The position numbers were made by a program, and so were the translations under genes. From the NCBI GenBank assembly GCA_002421445.1, contig DIKB01000080.1, forward strand, positions 288-38,106: a stretch of DNA of 37,819 nt, in the 5' to 3' direction. The DNA comes from Dehalococcoidia bacterium UBA5629. Lineage in GTDB: Bacteria > Chloroflexota > Dehalococcoidia > GIF9 > UBA5629. A model generated the notes under the pieces. It saw nothing but the letters and a program-made list of their open reading frames with translations, did no database searches and was not told where the DNA came from. Of the stretch, positions 18,718-25,501 are shown piece by piece (position 1 is the first letter of the stretch; each line of letters starts with the position of its first letter).

Positions 18718-18871
18718 TTTATGCGCACCGATTATACCATGTCATTACATGCTCTCTCTACTATTCATAATCGAATGTTGTATGCAAAGTTTGGTGTTCT
18801 TTTGTTAGGTTTTACCATGTTGACGGCAGCAGAAATTACCCGAGATCTTTGTCAATGGCGCCGCTGAAAAT

Positions 18872-18899
18872 TTGTGTATTATTATTGTGGTAGTATAAT
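18872..18899 (+). promoter_or_regulatory. Candidate promoter for the MFS transporter gene
   Basis: TTGTGT (18872-18877), a 16-nt spacer and TATAAT (18894-18899), about 55 bp upstream of the ATG at 18954. Sequence match only. Confidence 0.3.
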
Positions 18900-18953
18900 T
18901 GGCTCCGATTATAGTAATTCATTTTTATCACTAACGTCAGGTTTAAACCCCGC

Positions 18954-20177
18954 ATGATCAATTTTAAATCATCACGCCCTCAAAAAATATTCGGTCTGCA
19001 CCCAAATATATTCCTTCTGGGACTGGTAAGCCTGCTTACCGATGTGAGCAGCGAGATGATTTTTACCTTACTGCCGTTGTTTCTTGCCAATGTGCTGGCT
19101 GCTGCGCCGGTGATAATCGGTCTCATAACCGGCATATCTGATGGCGTTGCTTCCGTTATGAAGTTTTTCAGCGGATGGATCAGCGATAAAGTTGGAAAGC
19201 GGAAATGGCTTGCGTTCATCGGCTACGGGCTCTCTAATTTCATTAAACCGATCATGTATTTTGCTTCGAGTTGGGGAGTTGTCTTCGGTGTGCGATTTAC
19301 TGACAGGTTTGGCAAGGGCATTCGTACCGCGCCTCGCGATGCGTTGATTGCTGACTCTCTGACATCTTCAGAGAGGGGTAAAGGCTTCGGATTACATCAG
19401 GCGATGGATACCAGCGGCGCTGCAATCGGTCTGCTGCTGGCAGCTGTTATCATCTTTTTCCTGCAGCAAAATGCACTGGACCTCGCGAAAAATACCTATC
19501 AGTGGCTGGTTCTGATCGGGGTTATTCCCGGCCTGCTGGCTTTGATGGTTTTCCCCTTCATTCGAGAGAAGAGACATGAGGCTGCGAAGCAAGCTACAGT
19601 TTCTCAAACTGCCAAAAACGATCTGGATAGACGCTTTATTATCTTTCTGGGCATCATGTTTCTGTTCACTCTCGGTAATTCGAGCGATGCTTTTCTTATT
19701 TTACGTGCTCAGAATCTGGGCAGCTGCGTGCTGGATATTGCGCTTATGCTGCTCGCGTTTAATCTCGTTTATGCCGCTGTATCACTGCCTGCAGGCTTGC
19801 TCTCGGACAAGATCGGGCGTCGAAGAGTACTGGTGCTGGGATGGCTGATATATGGTCTCGTCTATGCGGGATTTGCTGCGGCATCGGCAATATGGCAGGT
19901 ATGGTTGTTATTTGCCCTCTATGGTGTTTATTACGGTTTATCGGAAGGTGTTGCCCGTGCCTTTATCGCTGACCTGATACCGGAGGGTCGGCGAGGCACT
20001 GCGTATGGTGTTTTCCATGGTGTGGTAGGAGTAACACTGCTGCCTGCCGGGCTGATTGCCGGATGGCTCTGGGAATCGGTTAGCCCGGCAACGACATTCT
20101 ATTTTGGCGCCGTGGTTTCATTTCTGGCGATGATAGGTCTTTTGTGTCTGGTTAAGGAACGATCTACTTCAGCGTAA
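18954..20177 (+). CDS. MFS transporter
   Basis: 407 aa with about 12 predicted TM helices and MFS loop motifs (DKVGKRKW, DKIGRRRV). Substrate unknown. Confidence 0.75.
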   Translation: MINFKSSRPQKIFGLHPNIFLLGLVSLLTDVSSEMIFTLLPLFLANVLAAAPVIIGLITGISDGVASVMKFFSGWISDKVGKRKWLAFIGYGLSNFIKPIMYFASSWGVVFGVRFTDRFGKGIRTAPRDALIADSLTSSERGKGFGLHQAMDTSGAAIGLLLAAVIIFFLQQNALDLAKNTYQWLVLIGVIPGLLALMVFPFIREKRHEAAKQATVSQTAKNDLDRRFIIFLGIMFLFTLGNSSDAFLILRAQNLGSCVLDIALMLLAFNLVYAAVSLPAGLLSDKIGRRRVLVLGWLIYGLVYAGFAAASAIWQVWLLFALYGVYYGLSEGVARAFIADLIPEGRRGTAYGVFHGVVGVTLLPAGLIAGWLWESVSPATTFYFGAVVSFLAMIGLLCLVKERSTSA

Positions 20178-21009
20178 TATTATCGATGAGCCTTGTTTTT
20201 CCCACTTTTACGGCGAGAGAGACAAGCGCCGGTGTATCGATGGTATTCAACTCGTGAAGTGTCTCGTCATCCGCAATACTGACATATTCGATCTTCGCCA
20301 GCGGTTCTTTATTGATTAGCTCGGTCATTTTGCCCCGGATGATATCAGCGTCTCGCTCTCCTTTTTGCCACAGGTTCTGGGCGAGCATGAGAGATTGGGA
20401 TAAGACGGTCGCTGCCTTACGCTCATGAGGATTGAGATAGGTATTGCGGCTGCTCATGGCGAGGCCGTCAGGTTCACGGATTGTCGCGCAGACGATGACA
20501 TCGAGATTCATATTGAGGTCTTTGACCATTTTCTGGAGCACTTTTGCCTGCTGCGCGTCTTTTTGCCCGAAATACGCACGGGTCGGCTCGACAATATTGA
20601 ACAGCTTGGCTACCACCGTGCTGACCCCTTTGAAATGTCCCGGCCGACACTGTCCTTCAAGAGGTTCGGTGATGCCGTCAACGATTACCCACGTATTGTA
20701 CTTTGGTGGATACATCTCTTCGGCGTTTTCGGGGATAAAGACGACGTCCGTGGTGTCTTTGAGCAACGCAAGGTCGCGGTCGATATCGCGGGGATATGTT
20801 TTGAAATCCTCTTTAGGTCCGAACTGTGTCGGATTGACGAAAATGCTGGCGACAACATGATCATTTTCTTTCCTGGCCTGTCTGGTGAGAGAGATATGTC
20901 CTTCGTGCAGGTATCCCATTGTCGGCACAAAGCCGACCGAGCCTCGCATCTCGCGTCGCAGTGATTTCATTTCAGCGATCGTTCCGGCTATCTTTATCTT
21001 GCTGCTCAT
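20164..21009 (-). CDS. panC: Pantoate--beta-alanine ligase
   Basis: 281 aa (GFVPTMGYLHEGHISL, FVNPTQFGP, FGQKDAQQ, MSSRN). Its 3' end overlaps the convergent MFS gene by 14 nt. Confidence 0.95.
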   Translation of the reverse strand: MSSKIKIAGTIAEMKSLRREMRGSVGFVPTMGYLHEGHISLTRQARKENDHVVASIFVNPTQFGPKEDFKTYPRDIDRDLALLKDTTDVVFIPENAEEMYPPKYNTWVIVDGITEPLEGQCRPGHFKGVSTVVAKLFNIVEPTRAYFGQKDAQQAKVLQKMVKDLNMNLDVIVCATIREPDGLAMSSRNTYLNPHERKAATVLSQSLMLAQNLWQKGERDADIIRGKMTELINKEPLAKIEYVSIADDETLHELNTIDTPALVSLAVKVGKTRLIDNITLK

Positions 21010-21845
21010 TATTTCAGTCCTGCGAGAAGGCTTTCATCCATGCTGGAGCTGTTCTGCGCCGTGGGGAATACGCCCTCTTTTACCTCTTTGGCATAATCAC
21101 TGACCGCCGATTTAATAGTGTCGGCGAGTTTTGCGTACTGTTTGGCATGTTTCGGCACAAAATCGGTGAACATACCGAGAATGTCACTAACCACCTGAAC
21201 CTGTCCATCGCAGTACGGTCCGGCGCCGATGCCGATTGTGGGGACACTGATTTTTTGAGAGATGAGTTTTGCCAGTGGAGCGGGCACTACTTCAAGGACA
21301 ACGGCAAAGGCTCCGGCCTGCTCAAGGGCTATGGCATCTTTCAACAGACGCTCTGCTGCTGCCGTCGTTTTCCCCTGCAATTTGTAGCCGCCCAGTTGAT
21401 GTATAGATTGGGGGGTAAGCCCGAGGTGTCCCATGACCGGGATGCCGCAACTGACGATCTTGTGGATTGTTTCCGCCATGAATTCGCCGCCTTCAAGCTT
21501 AACTGCCTGCGCTCCGGCCTCCTGAATAAATCGGGCGGCGTTGTGCATAGCCTCGCCCAGGCTTGCGTGATAGGTCATAAATGGCATATCGGCGACGACG
21601 AGAGCCTGTTTTGTGCCTCGTGCCACTGCCTTTGTGTGATGAATCATGTCATCCATCGTTACCGGAATCGTGGAGTCGTAGCCCAATACAACCATACCAA
21701 GGCTATCTCCCACCAGTATGATGGGTATGCCGGCTTCATCAATGATCTTTGCCGTGGGATAGTCATATGCGGTGAGTACGACTACTTTCTCTCCGGCGCG
21801 CTTCATGTCTTTGATCTGATTGATTGTCACCCGCTCGCTTGCCAC
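21009..21845 (-). CDS. panB: 3-methyl-2-oxobutanoate hydroxymethyltransferase
   Basis: The protein from GTG 21845 reads VASERVTINQIKDMKRAGEKVVVLTAYDY...LVGDSLGMV...VKLEGG. AAGGAGG lies 5 nt upstream of that GTG. The longer tracked ORF (to 21947) would overlap panD by about 90 nt, so I trimmed it. Confidence 0.9.
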   Translation of the reverse strand: MASERVTINQIKDMKRAGEKVVVLTAYDYPTAKIIDEAGIPIILVGDSLGMVVLGYDSTIPVTMDDMIHHTKAVARGTKQALVVADMPFMTYHASLGEAMHNAARFIQEAGAQAVKLEGGEFMAETIHKIVSCGIPVMGHLGLTPQSIHQLGGYKLQGKTTAAAERLLKDAIALEQAGAFAVVLEVVPAPLAKLISQKISVPTIGIGAGPYCDGQVQVVSDILGMFTDFVPKHAKQYAKLADTIKSAVSDYAKEVKEGVFPTAQNSSSMDESLLAGLK

Positions 21846-21855
21846 AGCGTCCTCC

Positions 21856-22257
21856 TTATACCTTTGACAGCAATTCAGTCGTCCAGTCTTTCTCTGTCGG
21901 GACTCCGTTGGTCTGAGCAATGCGATTCTGTGCATCGACGTACACAAGTCGCGGGTGATAATCCTTCGTCTTTTCCTCCGGAACCTGATGGTAGGTAAGG
22001 ATGATCACAACATCGCCTTTATCCGCCAAACGCGCTGCAGCACCGTTAAGGCAGATGACACCGGAATCCCTTTCGCCTTCGATTGCGTATGTAGTGAATC
22101 TGGCTGCGTTGTTCACGTTGAGCACTTCCACCTGTTCATACGGCAGGATGTCGGCAGCTTCCATCAGCCCTTTATCGATGGAGATGCTGCCTTCGTAATC
22201 GATATTGCTCTGCGTTACCCGTGCCCTGTGGAGTTTGCTCTTCAACATTGTTCTCAT
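21856..22257 (-). CDS. panD: Aspartate 1-decarboxylase (pyruvoyl-dependent)
   Basis: 133 aa ([25 protein letters not shown]), including the Gly-Ser self-cleavage site. Confidence 0.93.
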   Translation of the reverse strand: MRTMLKSKLHRARVTQSNIDYEGSISIDKGLMEAADILPYEQVEVLNVNNAARFTTYAIEGERDSGVICLNGAAARLADKGDVVIILTYHQVPEEKTKDYHPRLVYVDAQNRIAQTNGVPTEKDWTTELLSKV

Positions 22258-22270
22258 CGTTTTCTCCTGG

Positions 22271-23134
22271 TTAGCTTAATATGGCCTGCAAGTCCGATAT
22301 TTGTCGTGTATCGATTTTTCCCTTGGCAAGTGCGATAGGTAGAGTCTGTCTACCCAGTTCTTTATAAATAGTAAAAGCTGCCGGCACCTGCGTTCGCAGT
22401 GCGTCCAGATGTTTTTTGATAGTACCGCTATCTCCTCGTGCGATCGGTCCGGTCAGACAATCAGGGAGTCCGACTGTTTCGATGTTATGCAATGTCCCTT
22501 TTATCAGAGGAGCGAGCGCTTTAATAGCCTGCTCCTGTGGGACGCCGAATGTTTGCCACAGGTCTGTGGCCAGTTTTACCAGCGTAACGAAATAATTTGA
22601 GGCGAAGACGGCCGCGGCATGATACAGCACTTTATCTCCCGGCTTCAGGATTATCCAGTTACCTTCGAGATCGTTAGCCATATCTTTCAGTATGCTGAGC
22701 AGTCCATTCTGCGCTTCTATGCCGAATGTCGATCCGGGCAGATTATCGATGGCATGCTCGATGCTGGCAAAGGTCTGTAAGGGGTGAAAGCAGCCGGTAT
22801 GTCCTCCGCTGGTTTCTGCATGTTTGAGGATATCGATTGAATGTACGCCACTGCAATGGACGACGTATTGACCGTCATGCCATTTTATTTCAGAAGCGAT
22901 TTTAGCGATGACGTCATCCGGTGTCGTGATAAAGGTGAGCTGAGTTTTATCGGCTACTTCCTGTGCGGTGTGATATGCGTTGCAGCCTGGTATTCTCGCT
23001 GCCAGCTTTTGTGCGGATGAGAAGCTCCGGCTGGAGGCGGCGACGACTTCATAACCCCTCTGGCTTAGCCTGACAGCCAGAGCGGTCCCTGTGGTTCCTG
23101 CACCTATGAAACCAATCTTGAGCATTTTCCTCAC
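22271..23134 (-). CDS. Rossmann-fold NAD(P)-dependent oxidoreductase (DUF2520-like); candidate ketopantoate reductase of the pan operon
   Basis: 287 aa with an N-terminal GxGxxG motif ([14 protein letters not shown]). It is the first gene of the operon, 13 nt upstream of panD. GTG start at 23134 with AAGGAAGG 8 nt upstream; the alternative start is ATG 23125. The function is inferred from context. Confidence 0.6.
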   Translation of the reverse strand: MRKMLKIGFIGAGTTGTALAVRLSQRGYEVVAASSRSFSSAQKLAARIPGCNAYHTAQEVADKTQLTFITTPDDVIAKIASEIKWHDGQYVVHCSGVHSIDILKHAETSGGHTGCFHPLQTFASIEHAIDNLPGSTFGIEAQNGLLSILKDMANDLEGNWIILKPGDKVLYHAAAVFASNYFVTLVKLATDLWQTFGVPQEQAIKALAPLIKGTLHNIETVGLPDCLTGPIARGDSGTIKKHLDALRTQVPAAFTIYKELGRQTLPIALAKGKIDTRQISDLQAILS

Positions 23135-23154
23135 TCCGAAAGCCTTCCTTTATT

Positions 23155-23197
23155 CCAATAAAAAAGCCTTCTCATTATCCCCGAGAAGGCTTTTTAC
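23155..23197 (-). terminator. Intrinsic (rho-independent) terminator hairpin with flanking A/U runs, inside the pan leader
   Basis: The arms AAAAAGCCTTCTC (23161-23173) and GAGAAGGCTTTTT (23183-23195) are perfectly complementary, with a 9-nt loop. On the - strand the GC-rich stem is followed by UUUUUUAUU. It lies 27 nt upstream of the GTG at 23134 and about 215 nt downstream of the flavodoxin stop. Confidence 0.75.
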
Positions 23198-23332
23198 ATG
23201 CGCTAATACAACCCCGTCTCGGTCTTTCCGATCCAAGCGGATACTATTTAATTGATTTACAACCGGCTCACCGCTTCTTACGAAGTCGATGGCTTACGAC
23301 ATAATGCTAGTGCATTCTAAAAGTTTTGTCAA
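23198..23332 (-). promoter_or_regulatory. Candidate promoter plus structured 5' leader of the pantothenate operon (possible attenuator or pan-motif-like element)
   Basis: On the - strand: TTGACA (23332-23327), a 17-nt spacer and TAGCAT, followed by about 100 nt of non-coding sequence. That sequence has a 6-bp stem AAGCGG...CCGCTT and two GGTTGTA motifs 51 nt apart (plus-strand TACAACC at 23207-23213 and 23258-23264). A CCGAGA element (plus 23217-23222) is complementary to UCUCGG in the 5' arm/loop of the terminator. Confidence 0.4.
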
Positions 23333-23412
23333 AAACGGGTGGAACCGAGTTTAGCCAGATATAACGACGGACACTTCCTTTTACAATTTTCAGTGAATAA
23401 ATTGAAGTCAAG

Positions 23413-23853
23413 CTATCGAGTAATTTCCTTTGCCCAACTGGCTGCTCTTTCGATCTCTCCTTCTTTTAGCGGACCTTCTTTGCCTTTGACAAAGAAAGCT
23501 GCGGGGGGAGAAATGAGCGTAGCTCCTTTTACTTTCAGGCTTTCGGCGATTTTCCCGGCGGCATAGCCGAACACTCCGACCCATTTGGTCGATAGCCTGG
23601 TATCGAACGCAGCTACTTTGATACCTTTAATAGCCGCCTCTGATATACCGCTAAGAAATTCTTGAATAGCCGGTGTCGGCCTGCCCCCATAGGTCGGAGA
23701 GCCGATGATGAGCATGTCCAAAGATTCTAATCTGGAAGGGTTTGCTTCACCGACACGGAGCACTTGAACATCGCCGGTAATAGCACTGCCGATAGCCCTG
23801 GCAATTTTCTCTGTATTCCCGTAGCCCGAGTCGTAGACTATTAGAGCTTTCAT
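23413..23853 (-). CDS. Short-chain flavodoxin
   Basis: 146 aa (MKALIVYDSGYGNTEKIARAI...LIIGSPTYGG). This is a flavodoxin FMN-binding signature. Confidence 0.8.
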   Translation of the reverse strand: MKALIVYDSGYGNTEKIARAIGSAITGDVQVLRVGEANPSRLESLDMLIIGSPTYGGRPTPAIQEFLSGISEAAIKGIKVAAFDTRLSTKWVGVFGYAAGKIAESLKVKGATLISPPAAFFVKGKEGPLKEGEIERAASWAKEITR

Positions 23854-23902
23854 CAGTCACCTCCGATATAATATACAATACCTATTGAAACTAATAAAAC
23901 TG

Positions 23903-23960
23903 TTGACACTAATAGTGTCGTGTCATTATACTTAAATCGTATGTAGGATATCATGATATC
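23903..23960 (+). promoter_or_regulatory. Candidate hicBA promoter with two palindromic operator-like sites
   Basis: TTGACA (23903-23908), a 17-nt spacer and TTATAC (23926-23931). Palindrome GACACT-aat-AGTGTC (23905-23919) lies inside the -35/spacer. A perfect 14-bp palindrome GATATCATGATATC (23947-23960) lies just downstream of the predicted start site. Confidence 0.45.
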
Positions 23961-24090
23961 TTATCATAGAAAACTGATTTACAGAGGAATATTCTATGAT
24001 GGAGTTATCCGTTGAAATTCGCAGATATAGTTAAAGCTTATATCGAGAGAGGCATGTAGGAAAGATGGTGTCACTGATAAACTTTGGAGC

Positions 24091-24390
24091 ATGAAAATGA
24101 ACAACGATCTTGAATTCAGAATAGAGATAGAATATGAACAGGATGGTGAAGGGTACCATGCATATTGTCCTGCTTTAAAAGGATTGCATGCATCCGGTGA
24201 TACCAAAGAAGAAGCAGTTGACAATGCTTGCGAATTGGCTCGTTTATATATTAGCTCCCTCATAAAGCACAAAGAGCCTATCCCCATTGGCATTAAAATG
24301 GAAAAATCTGGCACAAAAGATAGCAATATTGAGCATAAAGGCAAGTCCGGTTGTGTTTCCAGGGAGTTATTAGTAGGTTCAGTTGCGTGA
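24091..24390 (+). CDS. hicB: HicB-family (UPF0150) antitoxin-like protein without a recognisable DNA-binding domain
   Basis: 99 aa (FRIEIEYEQDGEGYHAYCPALKGLHASGDTKEEAVDNACELARLYI), a HicB N-terminal fold signature. GGAG at 24084-24087 favours ATG 24097 over ATG 24091. The stop overlaps the next gene's start. Confidence 0.7.
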   Translation: MKMNNDLEFRIEIEYEQDGEGYHAYCPALKGLHASGDTKEEAVDNACELARLYISSLIKHKEPIPIGIKMEKSGTKDSNIEHKGKSGCVSRELLVGSVA

Positions 24391-24641
24391 ATTATCCTGG
24401 AAACATATGGAAACAACTCAAGAATATTTCTGCCGATGATTTAATAGCGGCGCTTCAGAAAGATGGATTTATTCCTGATTTAAGTAGCGGTTCAAGGCGA
24501 GTGTACAGGCATAGTGACGGCAGAAGAATCGCAATAGATTATCATCCCCAAAAGACCTTTGGCCCCAACTTGTTAAAGGCGTTATTGGATGATGCAAGTT
24601 GGAAAGAGTCCGATCTCAAAAGATTGAAATTAGTGAAATAA
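24387..24641 (+). CDS. hicA: HicA-family (YcfA-like) toxin-like protein
   Basis: 84 aa from GTG 24387, where start and stop overlap as GTGA. The sequence is ...DDLIAALQKDGFIPDLSSGSRRVYRHSDGRRIAIDYHPQKTFGPNLLKALLDDASWKESDLKRL. This has the HicA layout, but GSR replaces the usual GSH. Confidence 0.65.
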   Translation: MNYPGNIWKQLKNISADDLIAALQKDGFIPDLSSGSRRVYRHSDGRRIAIDYHPQKTFGPNLLKALLDDASWKESDLKRLKLVK

Positions 24642-24695
24642 TCCAATATGTTAAGTTCAGGAGTCGGTTGCTGATAGGGAGGGCTTATTGTACCT

Positions 24696-25484
24696 TCATA
24701 TATTTTTGTGCTTTGTCTCTCGATCTTGCGGAATAGGCCATTCGATTATCCTGGTCGACCATAGATTATAGATAGCTTTATCCAATGTGCTGCGGCGCGG
24801 TTCGCGGATGTCCAGTTTTCTGTCTAAGATACGGTCATGGAATGTTTCGATGAAATGGCATTGCTGCCTGAATGTACGTATCGTGTTATCCTCACCATCC
24901 AAAATAACGTAGTTCAGTTGTCTGGCAAATGGCTCTATTATCTCGCGTGCGTGTCCGCAAACACGGGTAAAGAAATATTCGATCTGTTTCTCACGATGCC
25001 TTTGGAATCGTTTCGCAGAAGAGCCGCCTTGCCGGTGACGCGCGTGGACATTGCCGGTTCCGACTTTGGATGCCAGTACTGTTTCTCCCTCCGCTACCGC
25101 GATTGCATAAGCGCCGAGCCGTATCAGCAGCATGGCGCATACACGTTCGTTTTTAAGAAGATCGCGCAGCGGATTTACCTCGCAGCGGTTGAGCGCTACG
25201 GATTGCTGAAGAGGAAATGGCGGCAGCAGTATATACAGCATCTCCTGAGAATAGAGAAGCGCTGCTCCGGTGGGTGAAGTCTCAATACGACGGATGAGAG
25301 CATCGGGCAATTGAAATTCAGGTCGATTAATCTGGATTACTGCTTTGCCCGATGCCCCGTCTGATTTTGCGGGCACGTGCAGACTGATGGCGATAGTGCC
25401 TTTTGTCTCAATCTCATCGAGCCATGCCAGCATGGTTCGTCTGCCTAGTTGATACTGTTTCAATTCTTCCATGTTTTCTTTCAC
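24696..25484 (-). CDS. Vms1/ANKZF1-like (VLRF1, eRF1-fold) release-factor-like protein; putative peptidyl-tRNA hydrolase or tRNA nuclease
   Basis: 262 aa. The core MLLIRLGAYAIAVAEGETVLASKVGTGNVHARHRQGGSSAKRFQRHRE and the tail RILDRKLDIREPRRSTLDKAI match, by eye, my recollection of the Vms1/ANKZF1 VLRF1 domain: (hydrophobic strand)-G-x-FA-x-A-V, then HK...Y..R.KQGGSQ, then a C-terminal basic P/T-rich helix. It lies 17 bp downstream of mutS2 on the same strand. GTG start at 25484; alternative ATG at 25472. Confidence 0.55.
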   Translation of the reverse strand: MKENMEELKQYQLGRRTMLAWLDEIETKGTIAISLHVPAKSDGASGKAVIQINRPEFQLPDALIRRIETSPTGAALLYSQEMLYILLPPFPLQQSVALNRCEVNPLRDLLKNERVCAMLLIRLGAYAIAVAEGETVLASKVGTGNVHARHRQGGSSAKRFQRHREKQIEYFFTRVCGHAREIIEPFARQLNYVILDGEDNTIRTFRQQCHFIETFHDRILDRKLDIREPRRSTLDKAIYNLWSTRIIEWPIPQDRETKHKNI

Positions 25485-25501
25485 GTATCTTCACTACCGT
25501 C

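Noticed and set aside
21846-21947. N-terminal 34-aa extension of panB in the tracked ORF
   Set aside because: It would overlap the panD coding sequence by about 90 nt and has no homology to PanB N-termini. GTG 21845 has AAGGAGG at the proper distance.
20919-21998. 359-aa ORF on the + strand
   Set aside because: It is antisense to panC, panB and panD, all of which have clear family signatures. It is Cys/Arg-rich shadow translation.
23994-24416. 140-aa ORF on the - strand overlapping hicB
   Set aside because: It has no SD and no recognisable domain, and it fully covers the hicB-like gene, which has a clear family signature and is translationally coupled to hicA.
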